56,614 bases of DNA. It comes from Candidatus Polarisedimenticolaceae bacterium (GTDB lineage Bacteria > Acidobacteriota > Polarisedimenticolia > Polarisedimenticolales > DASRJG01). Position 1 is the first letter of the stretch; each line of letters starts with the position of its first letter. The notes under the pieces were generated by a model. That model did not search any database and had not been told where the DNA came from. It saw nothing but the letters and a program-made list of their open reading frames with translations. The position numbers and the translations under genes are program-made. Location of the stretch: assembly GCA_035649595.1 (NCBI GenBank), contig DASRJG010000073.1, positions 1 to 56,614 on the forward strand. The letters run 5' to 3'. Of this stretch, positions 15,599 through 27,624 are shown in pieces.

Positions 15599-15970
15599 AT
15601 GGCGTCGCGCTGGTTCGCGATCGGGGCTGGGCTCGCGGCGGCGGGGGTCGCGCTCGGGGCCTTCGGTGCGCACGCGTTGAAGGGCCGGCTCTCCTCCGAA
15701 GCGCTCGCGATTTGGGAGACGGCCGCGCGCTATCACCTGATCCACGCCCTCGCTCTCCTCGCGACCGGCTGGGCCGCCGAGCGCTGGCCGGGGGGATGGA
15801 CGACAGCGGCGGGCTGGGCGTTCGTGACCGGGATTGTCATCTTCGGCGGGAGCCTGTACGGGCTCGCGCTCACGGGTGCGCGCGCTCTCGGGGCGATCAC
15901 GCCCTTCGGAGGCCTCTGCCTCATCGCGGGCTGGATCTGCCTGGCGATCGGCGCGGCGCGAGGCCGCTGA
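15599..15970 (+). CDS. DUF423 (YgdD/TMEM256-like) small membrane protein
   Basis: Real start MASRWFAIGAGL.. (ATG 15599, GGGGGAGG RBS). Family-typical GAFGAHAL and ..YHLIHALALL.. motifs. The upstream part of track ORF 14645..15970 was rejected. Confidence 0.8.
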   Translation: MASRWFAIGAGLAAAGVALGAFGAHALKGRLSSEALAIWETAARYHLIHALALLATGWAAERWPGGWTTAAGWAFVTGIVIFGGSLYGLALTGARALGAITPFGGLCLIAGWICLAIGAARGR

Positions 15971-15983
15971 GAGCTTCCAAGAC

Positions 15984-17630
15984 TCAGGGACAGGCAGCGA
16001 TCGGCGCACGCGCCTGGCTCGCGCTCCCGGCGCCGAAGCTTCCCACCCCGCAGCCTTGTCGCGCCCGGACGAGGTAGTAGGAGCCCTCTCCGGCGGGGAG
16101 AGCACGGGAGTCCACGGCCGCTGGGGCGACGGCGCCGGCAGCGAGGCAGGCGGCCGCGATGACGCTGCGGTCGACACGCAGGGACGCGAGCGATCCGGTC
16201 ACGACGTCATACGAGGTCGCGAGCGGCAGATCACTCCATGCGATGGAAGTCGGGCCGTGCCCCGAGACCGACAAGCTCACGACCTCGCCGGGGACCTCCG
16301 CGCACGCCGTGACCCGTCCGTGCGAGACGCAGGTGTCGAGCGCCGCTTCGTTGACGATGGCGCGCACGATCCGCACGCCGGCGGACGACCCGCCCGACTG
16401 CAGCACACGGAACTCGATCATCAGGATCGGACCCGCGCCCCGGAAGGTGGTCATCGGGTCGGCGGTGGCGACACGGATCGCCGCCTCGCCGGGATAGCTC
16501 AGCTCCGCGGTCAGCACCGCGCCGCGCGTGATCTCGGTGGTCGTCACGGCGATCGCCTGGAGGGCGGCCGGGTCGAACTCGAGGCTCACGTCGATCTCGA
16601 TCCCGTCGGCCGGCTGGGCCTGAACCGGTACGAGGATCGTCCCGCCGGGAACGCCGGTGAGATCCCGAGGGATGCTGATCGCCACGTCGGCCCGGACGCG
16701 CTCCCCGGCGACGCAGCCCGCGGCGCCCCCGCAGGTCTCGGATCCGTTGCAGGTATCCCCGTCGTCGCAGAGCGCGCGTCCGTCGTCGTCGATCGCGCCG
16801 TTGCAGTCGTCGTCGACGCCGTTGCAGATCTCCGCGGCCGGCTGGCCCGGGAGGCACGAATCGACTTCGTGTCCTCCGACGCAGGACAGCAGCCCGGTCC
16901 GGGCGCACGCCCCCGCGCCGCAGAAGGACGGCGTCGCGACGTAGTCCTCGTCGATCTGGCCGTCGCAATCGCTGTCGATGTTGTTGCAATTGGTGTCGGC
17001 CGGCTGGACCGGAGGGCCCGGCGTGCAGGTATCCACCCAAGTGCCGCTCTCGCAGCTCCGGTTCCCCTCCGCCGCGCAGATCCCCACCCCGCAGGTCGTG
17101 ACCGTGCGGGCGATGTCGTCGTCCACGGCTCCGTCGCAGTCGTCGTCGACGCGGTCGCACGTGGTGTCCGTTGCCGCGAGCGGGGACGCCGGCTGGCAGC
17201 TATCCACGACGTGGCCGGCCACGCAGGCGACGGTCCCCGACCGCCGGCAGGCTCCGGTTCCGCACGAGGAGGCCCCCGCGGGGAAGTCGTCGTCGACCGC
17301 GCCGTCGCAGTCGTCGTCCGAGTCGTTGCAGCTCGCGTCGTCGGGCGTCACCGGCAAGCCGGGCGTGCAGGTCTGCGGCACCCCGTCCAGGCAGGTCAGG
17401 ATCTCCACGCGGCAGACCCCTTCTCCGCAGACCGTCGTCCCCGCGTCCACGGGGGCGTGATTGCACTCCTCGTCCCCGCCGCACCGGTCGAGCGTGCAGA
17501 CGTTTCCGTCGTCGCAATCCGAGTCGTCGATGCAGATCGCGCCGTGCGCCGGGGCGGCCGCCGCGAGCACGAGCAGAGCGAGCGCGATGGGGAGCCCCGC
17601 GAAACCCGCCCGACCGCTCGTGTTCGCCAT
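15984..17630 (-). CDS. secreted Cys-rich repeat protein: about five C..D.DDDCDG.VDD (MopE-like metal-binding-motif) repeats, a cohesin-like domain and an unknown C-terminal domain
   Basis: Start chosen at MANTSGRAGFAGLPIALALLVLAAAAPAHGA (ATG 17630). Repeats are seen in the translation (CNDSDDDCDGAVDDD, CDRVDDDCDGAVDDD, CNNIDSDCDGQIDED, CNGVDDDCNGAIDDD). Confidence 0.7.
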   Translation of the reverse strand: MANTSGRAGFAGLPIALALLVLAAAAPAHGAICIDDSDCDDGNVCTLDRCGGDEECNHAPVDAGTTVCGEGVCRVEILTCLDGVPQTCTPGLPVTPDDASCNDSDDDCDGAVDDDFPAGASSCGTGACRRSGTVACVAGHVVDSCQPASPLAATDTTCDRVDDDCDGAVDDDIARTVTTCGVGICAAEGNRSCESGTWVDTCTPGPPVQPADTNCNNIDSDCDGQIDEDYVATPSFCGAGACARTGLLSCVGGHEVDSCLPGQPAAEICNGVDDDCNGAIDDDGRALCDDGDTCNGSETCGGAAGCVAGERVRADVAISIPRDLTGVPGGTILVPVQAQPADGIEIDVSLEFDPAALQAIAVTTTEITRGAVLTAELSYPGEAAIRVATADPMTTFRGAGPILMIEFRVLQSGGSSAGVRIVRAIVNEAALDTCVSHGRVTACAEVPGEVVSLSVSGHGPTSIAWSDLPLATSYDVVTGSLASLRVDRSVIAAACLAAGAVAPAAVDSRALPAGEGSYYLVRARQGCGVGSFGAGSASQARAPIAACP

Positions 17631-17722
17631 CGTCGAGAACGTCGATGGCGCGCCATCGGAAATCAATGGCTCTTTCGGTATGCGCCGGGCGCCGCGCGCG
17701 CGGCGTCGGCCGAGTCGGCGGT

Positions 17723-19450
<1,728 letters not shown>

Positions 19451-19463
19451 CGTCCTCTCTTGT

Positions 19464-21233
19464 CTATTGCGGTAGGTCACGGAATGGTGCGTCCATGTCG
19501 CGGGCGAGCTTCATCGCCTTCCCGAGCAGGGCCTCGGCCTCGTCGGGCTCGGCGTGGTCCAGGGAGCGCAAGACCTCACGGCTTTCCCTCTTCAACCGTC
19601 CATGTTTCAACATTTGGAGACATCCGTCGACCTCGTCGGCCCCGCCGGCGATGTCCTCCTGGAAGGCGATCCGCGTGAGGAGCTCCCGGTCGGCCTCCCC
19701 TTCGAGGGCGTCGACGACGAGGGGGCCGTCCACCGGCAGCCCGCGCCGGTCGAGATCCAGGATGGTCGCGACGATCGCGGCGACGCGCGTCCCTTCGAGA
19801 TCGGCCGATCCGAGCACCAGCCTCGCGTGCCCCCGCGCCTCGTCGCTGGTCAAGAGCACGCGGACGAGCCGCCCCTCGACCTCTCGCACGGTGGGCCGAT
19901 CGGCGGGCCGGTGCCGGATCCCCGGCTTGGCGGACCGCAGGGCGTTGCGGAGCTCCTGCATCACGAGGTCGTCGTCGATCCGCAGCGCGTCCGCGAGGCG
20001 GCCGGCCCATCCCGCCCTCTGAACGGCGCTCTCGAGCCGCGCGAGCTTCGGCAGGATGGCGTTGATCGCGGCGACCTGCTCCTCGGGACGGGAGAGGTCG
20101 CGGCCGGCGAGCTCGCGCTGAACGATGAAGTCGAGATAGCCCGGGGCCTGGCGGACGATCGCGTCGTAGGCCGCGGCGCCGTGCTCGCGAACGAAGTCGT
20201 CGGGATCGAGACCGCCGGGGATCGCGGCCACACGCACGTCGAAGCTCCGGTCGAGGAAGAGCTCGAGCGACCGCGCCGCCGCGCTCATCCCGGGAGCGTC
20301 GCCGTCGTAGCTGACCACCACGCGCTCGGAGAAGCGGGCGAGCAGCTTGACCTGCGCGGGGGTGAGGGCGGTCCCGAGCGAAGCGACCGTGTTCTCGAAG
20401 CCCGCCTGGTGGAGAACGACCAAGTCCAAGTACCCCTCGACGAGGATGGCAAACCCCTCCCGCCGGATCGCATCCTTCGCGAGGTCGAGGCCGTAGAGGT
20501 TTTCCCCCTTCACATACGTAACGGTCTCGGGAGAGTTGAGGTATTTCGGCTCGGAATCTCCCAGGGCTCGCCCACCGAACGCGATAGGGCGTCCGGAGAG
20601 ATCGTGGATCGGAAAGATCACGCGGTCCCGGAAGCGATCGTACTGACCCGTTCCTTCCTTTCGCGTCACGGCGAGGCCCGCTTCGAGAATCTCTGAAGGC
20701 TTGAACCCGCGCGCGCGCAGGGCGCTGCCGAGCGCATCCCAGCCATCCGGCGCGTAACCGAGAGCGAACCGCCGGCCGACGTCGTCCGACACGCCGCGCT
20801 TGGCGAGGTAGTCGCGTGCGGCGCGGCCGCGAGTCGGGTCCGACCACTGCGCTCGGAAGAAACTCGCGGCGGCCTCGTGGACGAGAAGCTGACGGGCCCT
20901 CAGGTCGTCGCCGGGCCTGGCCGCGGCCTTCGGGAGCGGTACCCCCCAGCGCTTGGCCAGGAACTCGACCGACTCGGCGAAGTCCAGCTTCTCGTAGAGC
21001 ATCACGAACTTGAAGACGTCCCCCCCGGCCTGACAGCCGAAGCAGTAGAACAACTGCATTTGGGGGTCGACGGAGAACGACGGTGTCTTCTCGTGATGGA
21101 AGGGGCACAGCCCCTTGAGGCGACGCCCCGCCGGCTTGAGGGGAACGTAATCCGAGACCAGGCGAACGATGTCGCCCGCATTCCGGACCGCCGCGACGAA
21201 GTCCTTCGTGAGCGGAACGGCCAAATGGGCCAC
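19464..21233 (-). CDS. dnaG: DNA primase
   Basis: 589-aa ORF with a zinc-ribbon region ([24 protein letters not shown]) and a TOPRIM region (ILVEGYLD). Confidence 0.95.
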   Translation of the reverse strand: MAHLAVPLTKDFVAAVRNAGDIVRLVSDYVPLKPAGRRLKGLCPFHHEKTPSFSVDPQMQLFYCFGCQAGGDVFKFVMLYEKLDFAESVEFLAKRWGVPLPKAAARPGDDLRARQLLVHEAAASFFRAQWSDPTRGRAARDYLAKRGVSDDVGRRFALGYAPDGWDALGSALRARGFKPSEILEAGLAVTRKEGTGQYDRFRDRVIFPIHDLSGRPIAFGGRALGDSEPKYLNSPETVTYVKGENLYGLDLAKDAIRREGFAILVEGYLDLVVLHQAGFENTVASLGTALTPAQVKLLARFSERVVVSYDGDAPGMSAAARSLELFLDRSFDVRVAAIPGGLDPDDFVREHGAAAYDAIVRQAPGYLDFIVQRELAGRDLSRPEEQVAAINAILPKLARLESAVQRAGWAGRLADALRIDDDLVMQELRNALRSAKPGIRHRPADRPTVREVEGRLVRVLLTSDEARGHARLVLGSADLEGTRVAAIVATILDLDRRGLPVDGPLVVDALEGEADRELLTRIAFQEDIAGGADEVDGCLQMLKHGRLKRESREVLRSLDHAEPDEAEALLGKAMKLARDMDAPFRDLPQ

Positions 21234-21282
21234 CCGGTGAAACGGACCGGACGGGGAGGGCCGTCCGGTCCGGGAGTGTTTT

Positions 21283-21489
21283 CTAACCGTTGTTCCTGCG
21301 CTCTTGCGCCAGTCGCTTCAAAAGCTTCTTGCGGGCGGCCAGCGCTTTCCTCTTCTTCTTCACGCTGGGCTTTTCGTAGTGCTGGCGCTTCTTGATCTCC
21401 GTCAAGATGCCCGACTTCTCGCACTTCCGCTTGAAGCGCTTCAAGGCGTTCTCGAGGCTCTCGTCCTCGCGCACCTTGATCAGCGGCAT
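21283..21489 (-). CDS. rpsU: 30S ribosomal protein S21
   Basis: 68-aa basic [32 protein letters not shown].., typical of bS21. The rpsU-dnaG-rpoD order is conserved. Confidence 0.95.
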   Translation of the reverse strand: MPLIKVREDESLENALKRFKRKCEKSGILTEIKKRQHYEKPSVKKKRKALAARKKLLKRLAQERRNNG

Positions 21490-21557
21490 CGAATCCTCAC
21501 CCCACTTTCCCGGTCACGTTTCGTTCGCCCTGCAATTGAGGGCTGCACAAAACCGCA

Positions 21558-21586
21558 ACTCTAGCGATCGCCCCGAAAGCCGTCAA
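21558..21586 (-). promoter_or_regulatory. candidate sigma-70 promoter of rpsU-dnaG-rpoD (TTGACG-17 nt-TAGAGT)
   Basis: -35 at 21581-21586 and -10 at 21558-21563 on the minus strand, about 70 nt upstream of the rpsU ATG. Confidence 0.5.
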
Positions 21587-21689
21587 GCCGCGTGGAAGTG
21601 GGGGTCTCCGGCTCGCCGCACGCCGCAGACCGGTTTCGTCCGGCGAGATAGATACCGCCGCTCGATGGGGTGTGCAACAGTTTATCGAC

Positions 21690-22469
21690 TCAGGCTCGCG
21701 CCTTCCGTGCGGTTGCGCCTCCGCAACGACGATTGATGAGCGACGCGAGGCAGCCGGCACCGTGTCCATTGTCGATATTGACCACGGCGAGGCCGGAGGC
21801 GCACGTGTTGAGCATCGTGAGCAACGCGGCAACCCCCGCGGCCCCGGTGCCGTAGCCGACGCTCGTCGGCACGCCGATCACCGGGCATGCGACGAGACCG
21901 GCGACGACGGACGGGAGGGCGCCTTCCATCCCGGCCACCGCGACGATCACGTTCGCGCGCGCAAGCGTCTCGCGATGAGACAACAGCCGGTGGAGGCCCG
22001 CGATACCGACGTCGAAGATGCGTACGACCTCCTCCCCCATGACCTCCGCCGTGAGCGCGGCCTCCTCGGCCACGCCGATGTCCGTGGTCCCCGCGCTGAT
22101 CACCACCACTCCCGGTCGCGGGGCCCGCGCGCGGCCGGCCCGCAAGACCACGGCGCGGGCCGAGGGTGAGTACGCGGCGCCCGTGTGCCGCTCGCGGATC
22201 GCCTCGTGGACGTCGGGGCCGACCCGCGTGACCATGGCGGTCTGACCGGCGGCGTGGAGCTTGTCGACGATCGCCACGATCTGGGCGATGGTCTTGCCCG
22301 GACCGTAAACCGTCTCCGGGAACCCCCTGCGCGCGGCGCGATGGGTGTCGACCGTCGCGAACCCCAAGGATTCGCTCGGGAACCCCTGAAGCCGCTCGAG
22401 AGCGTCTCGAACCTGGACCCGTCCCGCTCGAACGCCCGTCAGCAGCCGTTTCAGAGCGTCCCGGTCCAC
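21690..22469 (-). CDS. larB: LarB-like (AIR-carboxylase-fold) nickel-pincer cofactor biosynthesis protein
   Basis: Family-typical ..LGFATVDTHRAARRGFPETVYGPGKT.. and ..AGMEGALPSVVAGL..PVIGVPTSVGYG... GTG 22469 (GGAGAG upstream) is preferred over the track start 22562, which would overlap the divergent PilZ gene. Confidence 0.75.
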   Translation of the reverse strand: MDRDALKRLLTGVRAGRVQVRDALERLQGFPSESLGFATVDTHRAARRGFPETVYGPGKTIAQIVAIVDKLHAAGQTAMVTRVGPDVHEAIRERHTGAAYSPSARAVVLRAGRARAPRPGVVVISAGTTDIGVAEEAALTAEVMGEEVVRIFDVGIAGLHRLLSHRETLARANVIVAVAGMEGALPSVVAGLVACPVIGVPTSVGYGTGAAGVAALLTMLNTCASGLAVVNIDNGHGAGCLASLINRRCGGATARKARA

Positions 22470-22548
22470 GATCTCTCCAAGGCGTCGAACATCGCCCTTC
22501 GCGCTGGTAGCATAGCGTCCCGTCGAAACGACCCTACGGAGGACCGTC

Positions 22549-22911
22549 GTGAGCCCCACCACCGTCGAGCGCCGCTCCCACGCCCGGTTTCCGCATCGGT
22601 TCGAGATCGAAGGCCCTCCCGACGACCAGGGAACCCTGGCGCGGATGGTGGCGAGCGACCTCTCGCTCGGCGGTCTCCACTGCTCCTCGAGCCGCGACTA
22701 TCCCGAGATGACCCGTCTCGCCGTCCGCCTGCAGCTGCCGCGGGGGAGCCAGGTCGACACGGTCGAGGTCGAGGCGGTCGTCGTTCACCGCCTCGAGCTG
22801 CCGTCGTCCTCGGGCTCGCCGCGGTTCGAGATCGGCCTGTTCTTCACCGGGCTCACCCCGCAGGCCCGCGAGCGGATCGCGAGCTTCCTCTCGCGCAACT
22901 CGTCGAACTGA
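22549..22911 (+). CDS. PilZ-domain protein (putative c-di-GMP receptor)
   Basis: 120-aa ORF with a GTG start and a GGAGG RBS. RxxxR (ERRSHARF) and D-x-S-x-x-G (DLSLGG) motifs. Confidence 0.75.
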   Translation: MSPTTVERRSHARFPHRFEIEGPPDDQGTLARMVASDLSLGGLHCSSSRDYPEMTRLAVRLQLPRGSQVDTVEVEAVVVHRLELPSSSGSPRFEIGLFFTGLTPQARERIASFLSRNSSN

Positions 22912-22921
22912 TCTCGATCGC

Positions 22922-22939
22922 GTCGACATTATTGTCGGC
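22922..22939. promoter_or_regulatory. 18-bp palindrome GTCGAC-ATTATT-GTCGGC, same type as the array downstream of parB
   Basis: Seen directly, about 60 bp upstream of the candidate hup -35 element. Confidence 0.4.
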
Positions 22940-22998
22940 GGAGAGATCGACGCCTCTTCGAAGTCCGCGCCGGGCGCGGGTTTCGATGCATTGACTCC

Positions 22999-23027
22999 TT
23001 GACGCTCACCGATTGGCGCGCTGTAAT
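22999..23027 (+). promoter_or_regulatory. candidate sigma-70 promoter of hup (TTGACG-17 nt-TGTAAT)
   Basis: Motif match about 40 nt upstream of the hup start. Confidence 0.45.
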
Positions 23028-23066
23028 GCGCGCGCGCGAACGCCACGAGCGAAAGGAGGTGAGACG

Positions 23067-23342
23067 GTGAACAAGCAAGAGCTGATCGGGAAGATTGCGG
23101 CGGACGCGGGCATCACCCGCTCCGCGGCTTCGACGGCGATCGAATCCCTCATCGACGGGATCACGTCGTCGCTGAAGAAGGGACAGCGGGTGACCCTCGT
23201 CGGGTTCGGCACCTGGGGCACCAGCAAGCGGAAGGCCCGGACCGGGCGCAATCCGCAGACGGGCGAGTCGATCAAGATCAAGGCGAAGACTGCGGTCCGC
23301 TTCAAGGCGGGCAAGCAGCTCGACAAGAAGATCAACCGGTAA
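23067..23342 (+). CDS. hup: HU-family nucleoid-associated DNA-binding protein
   Basis: The GTG at 23067 is preceded by AAGGAGG. VNKQELIGKIA..GFGTW..RKARTGRNPQTGE.I.I.. is typical of HU. The N-terminal extension in the track was rejected. Confidence 0.93.
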   Translation: MNKQELIGKIAADAGITRSAASTAIESLIDGITSSLKKGQRVTLVGFGTWGTSKRKARTGRNPQTGESIKIKAKTAVRFKAGKQLDKKINR

Positions 23343-23368
23343 GCTCGCCGATCCTCCAACAGATCTCA

Positions 23369-23405
23369 GGCCCTCGGGTCGGATCGGAGATCGGACCCGG
23401 GGGCC
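23369..23405. terminator. GC-rich hairpin between the convergent hup and carboxylase genes (no clear U-tract)
   Basis: GGCCC-TCGGGTCGGATC-GGA-GATCGGACCCGG-GGGCC, with one central mismatch. Confidence 0.4.
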
Positions 23406-23412
23406 GCTTCGC

Positions 23413-23913
23413 TCACTCCAGCACGACGAGCTTGGCTCCCGCTTCGACGGTTTCCCCCGGCGCGACGGCGATCTCCTTCACGCGTCCGCCCCGCGGGGCC
23501 GCGACCTCGTTTTCCATCTTCATCGCCTCGATCACGACGATCCCCTGACCGGCGCGCACCTCGTCCCCAGCCTCGACGAGAACGCGGACGACCTTTCCGG
23601 GCATGATGGAGTCGATCCGCTCGGGACCGTCGCGCCGGCGGAGCTCCTCGCGACCGCCGCGGCTGGCGTCCGACAGCTCGACGAGCTGCTCGTGGGCCCC
23701 GTGGCGGACCCAGTAGCTTCCGCCCGAGCTCTCGACCGAAAGCTCGTACGACTTGCCTTCGTAGAGGATCGAGTAGAAGTCCGCCTCGAGCTTGCGGACG
23801 TCGAGGACGTGCTCGACCCCGTCGAGCGTCACCACGTACGCCGCGTCGACTCGCGTGATCGCGATCTCGTGCGTGCGGTCCCCGACCTTGGCCGAGAGCT
23901 TCACCGTCGCCAT
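23413..23913 (-). CDS. biotin carboxyl carrier (biotinyl-domain) subunit of an acyl-CoA carboxylase
   Basis: Real start MATVKLSAKV (ATG 23913). C-terminal biotinylation motif EAMKMEN within a lipoyl/biotinyl fold. Confidence 0.85.
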   Translation of the reverse strand: MATVKLSAKVGDRTHEIAITRVDAAYVVTLDGVEHVLDVRKLEADFYSILYEGKSYELSVESSGGSYWVRHGAHEQLVELSDASRGGREELRRRDGPERIDSIMPGKVVRVLVEAGDEVRAGQGIVVIEAMKMENEVAAPRGGRVKEIAVAPGETVEAGAKLVVLE

Positions 23914-25415
23914 CCCGTCCGCGCGCCGCGCCTCCAGTCCGACCCGCGCCGGCCCCCGGCGGACGGCCGTGAGCCGCGGAGCGACAGCTGCTCCATCCTC
24001 CGAAAGTGCGCGACGCCGGCGGCGAGGACCGCGACCTCGTCGAGCCACGGATCGTTCCCGCGCGCGGCGAGATCCGGATGCTCCGCGAGGAAGCCCGTGT
24101 GGAGATCGCCGGCGAGGAAGGCCGGGTGCGTCATCAAGCGGCGGTGGAACACGATCGAGGTCTTGACGCCGTCGACGCGGAGCTCGTCGAGCGCCCGGGC
24201 CATGCGCGCCGCCGCCTCCGCGCGATCACGCCCCCAGGTCACGAGCTTCGCCAGGAGCGGATCGTAATGGACCGGGACCGTGAAACCTCCGTAGACCCCG
24301 CCGTCGTAGCGTACGCCGGGACCCGCCGGGGCGCGGAGCGCCCGGATCGTCCCGGGCGCCGGCACGAACCCCCGCGCGGGGTCCTCGGCCAGGATGCGGC
24401 ACTCGATCGCGTGTCCTCGCGAGACGAGATCCTCCTGCCGCCAGGGAAGCGCCCCGCCCGCCGCGATCCCGATCATCGCCTTGACGAGATCGACGCCGTA
24501 GATCGCCTCCGTGACCGGGTGCTCGACCTGGAGGCGCGTGTTCATCTCCATGAAGTAGAAGGCCCCGTCGGCGGCTCGGAGCATCTCGACCGTTCCCGCC
24601 GAGACGTAGCCGCAGGCCTTCGCCGCCGCGACGGCCATCGCGCCGATGCGCTCGCGCGTGTCCGGATCGATGACGGGGGACGGCGCCTCCTCGACGAGCT
24701 TCTGATGCCGCCGCTGGATGGAGCACTCGCGCTCGCCGAGATGCACGCAGCGGCCGTGGGCGTCCGCGAGGACCTGCACCTCGATGTGGCGCGGACGCTC
24801 GACGTACTTCTCCAGGAAGATCGTCTCGTCGCCGAACGCGGACCTGGCCTCGCCGCGCGCCTGCGCGAGGAGGGAGGGGAGCTCGGACGCGCCGCGCACG
24901 ACGCGCATCCCCCGCCCCCCGCCCCCCGCCGAGGCCTTGAGCAGCACCGGGTAGCCGATGCGCGCCGCGTGCGCCTCGGCGTCCGCAACGCCGGCGAGCG
25001 GAGGCGACCCCGGAACCACCGGGATCCCCGCGGCGGTCATCAGCTCGCGCGAGCGGACCTTGTCCCCCATCGCCTCGATCGCCTCGGGCGTCGGGCCGAC
25101 GAACACGATCCCCGCGTCGCCGCACGCGCGGGCGAACGCCGGGTTCTCGGAGAGGAAGCCGTAGCCGGGATGGACCGCCCCCGCTCCGCTCCGCTTCGCG
25201 ACGTCGAGGAGCGTGTCGATCCTCAGGTACGACTCCGACGACGGCGGCGGCCCGATGGCGTACGCTTCGTGCGCGTAGCGGACGTGCAGGGCGTCCCGAT
25301 CCGCCTCCGAGAAGACCGCGACGGTGCGGATGCCCATCTCGTGACACGCGCGGATGATGCGCACCGCGATCTCGCCGCGGTTGGCGACGAGGAGCTTCTC
25401 GAACGGAGGCGCCAT
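23901..25415 (-). CDS. biotin carboxylase subunit (AccC/PccA-type ATP-grasp)
   Basis: Real start [24 protein letters not shown].. (ATG 25415, ATGA overlap with the upstream stop). Typical ..HPGYGFLSEN.., ..EMNTRLQVEHPVTE... Confidence 0.93.
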   Translation of the reverse strand: MAPPFEKLLVANRGEIAVRIIRACHEMGIRTVAVFSEADRDALHVRYAHEAYAIGPPPSSESYLRIDTLLDVAKRSGAGAVHPGYGFLSENPAFARACGDAGIVFVGPTPEAIEAMGDKVRSRELMTAAGIPVVPGSPPLAGVADAEAHAARIGYPVLLKASAGGGGRGMRVVRGASELPSLLAQARGEARSAFGDETIFLEKYVERPRHIEVQVLADAHGRCVHLGERECSIQRRHQKLVEEAPSPVIDPDTRERIGAMAVAAAKACGYVSAGTVEMLRAADGAFYFMEMNTRLQVEHPVTEAIYGVDLVKAMIGIAAGGALPWRQEDLVSRGHAIECRILAEDPARGFVPAPGTIRALRAPAGPGVRYDGGVYGGFTVPVHYDPLLAKLVTWGRDRAEAAARMARALDELRVDGVKTSIVFHRRLMTHPAFLAGDLHTGFLAEHPDLAARGNDPWLDEVAVLAAGVAHFRRMEQLSLRGSRPSAGGRRGSDWRRGARTGWRR

Positions 25416-26965
25416 CAGAGCGGGATGTTTCCGTGCTTGCGCGGGGGGTTCGCGTCGCGCTTGGTGTCGAGCAGGCGGAGCGAAGCGATGAGCTTGCGCC
25501 GCGTGAGCGCGGGCTCGATCACCTCGTCGACGTAGCCGCGCTCCGCGGCGACGTAGGGGTTCGCGAACTTCTCCGCGTACTCGGCGACCTTCGCGGCGCG
25601 GACGCTGTCGGCCTCGGCCCCCGCGGACGCGATCTCGCCCCGATGGATGATGTTCACCGCGCCGGCCGGCCCCATCACCGCGATCTCCGCGCCGGGCCAA
25701 GCGTAGTTGAAGTCGGCCCGGATGTGCTTGCTCGCCATGACGCAGTAGGCGCCCCCGTACGCCTTGCGCGTGATGACCGTGATCTTCGGGACGGTCGCCT
25801 CCGCGAACGCGTAGAGCAGCTTCGCCCCGTGGAGGATGATCCCGCGGAACTCCTGCTCGGTCCCGGGGAGGAAGCCCGGCACGTCCTCGAACACGATCAG
25901 CGGAATGTTGAAGCAGTCGCAGAAGCGGACGAAGCGAGCGCCCTTCACGGACGCGTTGATGTCGAGGCACCCCGCGAGCACCGCCGGCTGGTTCGCGACC
26001 ACGCCCACCGGACGGCCGCCGAGCCGCGCGAACCCCACCACGATGTTCCTCGCGAAGTGCTCGTGCACCTCGAGAAAGCTCTCGCGGTCGACGACGCTCG
26101 CGATCACGGCCTTGATGTCGTACGGCTGGCTGGACGACTCCGGCACGATGGAGTTCAAGGCCACCTCCGCGCGGTCGTCGGGGTCGTCCGTCGCCGTCTC
26201 CGGGGGATCGTCCATGTTGTTCGACGGCATGTAGCTCAGGAGGGACCGCACGAGCAGGAGCGCGTCGCGATCGTCGGCCGCCGCGAAGTGCGCGACGCCG
26301 GAGGTCGCGTTGTGCGTCATGGCGCCCCCGAGCGTCTCCTTCGTGACCTCCTCGTGCGTGACCGCGCGGATGACGTCCGGGCCCGTGATGAACATGTAGG
26401 AGGAGTCCCGGACCATGACGGTGAAGTCCGTGATCGCAGGCGAGTACACGGCGCCGCCCGCGCAGGGCCCCATGATCACCGAGATCTGGGGGACGACGCC
26501 CGAGGCGAGCGTGTTGCGCAGGAAGATGTCGGCGTATCCCGCGAGGGAGACCACGCCCTCCTGGATCCTCGCCCCGCCGGAGTCGTTCAGGCCGACCACC
26601 GGGCAGCCGGTCTTCATGGCGAGGTCCATGACCTTGCAGATCTTCGCGGCGAACGTCTCGGACAGCGACCCGCCGAAGACCGTGAAATCCTGCGCGAAGA
26701 CGAACAGGGGCCGCCCGTCGATCCGGCCGTGGCCGGTGACGACGCCGTCTCCAGGGATGCGCTGCGCCTCCATGTTGAAGTCGGCGCAGCGATGGACGAC
26801 GAGCGCGTCCAGCTCCTCGAAGGATCCGGGATCGAGGAGGATGTCGATCCTCTCGCGCGCCGTGAGCTTGCCGGCGTCGTGCTGCTTTCGGACCCGCTCC
26901 TCTCCCCCGCCGATCCGGGACGCGGCGTAGCGGCGGTGGAGCTCGTCCAGACGCGTGTCGGGCAT
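25415..26965 (-). CDS. acyl-CoA carboxylase carboxyltransferase (beta) subunit, propionyl/methylmalonyl-CoA type
   Basis: 516-aa ORF. ..[29 protein letters not shown].. is typical of PccB/AccD5-like proteins. Confidence 0.92.
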   Translation of the reverse strand: MPDTRLDELHRRYAASRIGGGEERVRKQHDAGKLTARERIDILLDPGSFEELDALVVHRCADFNMEAQRIPGDGVVTGHGRIDGRPLFVFAQDFTVFGGSLSETFAAKICKVMDLAMKTGCPVVGLNDSGGARIQEGVVSLAGYADIFLRNTLASGVVPQISVIMGPCAGGAVYSPAITDFTVMVRDSSYMFITGPDVIRAVTHEEVTKETLGGAMTHNATSGVAHFAAADDRDALLLVRSLLSYMPSNNMDDPPETATDDPDDRAEVALNSIVPESSSQPYDIKAVIASVVDRESFLEVHEHFARNIVVGFARLGGRPVGVVANQPAVLAGCLDINASVKGARFVRFCDCFNIPLIVFEDVPGFLPGTEQEFRGIILHGAKLLYAFAEATVPKITVITRKAYGGAYCVMASKHIRADFNYAWPGAEIAVMGPAGAVNIIHRGEIASAGAEADSVRAAKVAEYAEKFANPYVAAERGYVDEVIEPALTRRKLIASLRLLDTKRDANPPRKHGNIPL

Positions 26966-26975
26966 CGGGGCTCCG

Positions 26976-27620
26976 CTACTTCTTCGCCTTCTCCCAGTCG
27001 TCGAGGAACTTCTTGAGGCCGACGTCGGTGAGCGGGTGCTCGTAGAGCTGCATCATGACCTTGAACGGCATCGTCCCGACGTCCGCCCCCGCGAGAGCGC
27101 ACTCGACCACGTGGACCGGATGCCGGATCGAGGCCGCGAGGATCTGCGTCGTGAAGCCGTAGTTGTCGTAGATCGCCCGGATCTGCCGGATCAGCTCCAT
27201 CCCGTCGTGCGACACGTCGTCGAGCCGCCCCACGAACGGGGAGATGAACGTCGCTCCGCATTTCGCCGCCAGCAGCGCCTGCGACGGCGAGAAGCACAGC
27301 GTCACGTTCACGGCCGTCCCCTCGCCGCGCAGCGCCTTGCACGCGCGCAGCCCGTCCCGCGTCAGCGGGACCTTGACGGTCACGTTCTCGTGGATCTTCG
27401 CGAGCGGCCGGGCCTGCGTCATCATCCCCTCGAAGTCGAGGGCGGTGACCTCGGCGGAGATCGGCCCGTCCACGATCGTGCAGATCTCCGCGATGACGGA
27501 CTCGAACTTCTTCCCTTCCTTCGCGACCAGGCTCGGATTGGTGGTGACGCCGTCGAGGATCCCGAGCTTCGCCGCCTCGCGGATCTCGTCGATGTTCGCG
27601 GTGTCGATGAAGAATCTCAT
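26976..27620 (-). CDS. tal: short transaldolase / fructose-6-phosphate aldolase family protein
   Basis: 214-aa [38 protein letters not shown].., typical of type-3B Tal/Fsa. Confidence 0.9.
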   Translation of the reverse strand: MRFFIDTANIDEIREAAKLGILDGVTTNPSLVAKEGKKFESVIAEICTIVDGPISAEVTALDFEGMMTQARPLAKIHENVTVKVPLTRDGLRACKALRGEGTAVNVTLCFSPSQALLAAKCGATFISPFVGRLDDVSHDGMELIRQIRAIYDNYGFTTQILAASIRHPVHVVECALAGADVGTMPFKVMMQLYEHPLTDVGLKKFLDDWEKAKK

Positions 27621-27624
27621 GATC

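Noticed and set aside
21690-22469. Orphan larB without larC/larE/larA neighbours.
   Set aside because: The partner genes may be encoded elsewhere. A single window cannot show true absence.
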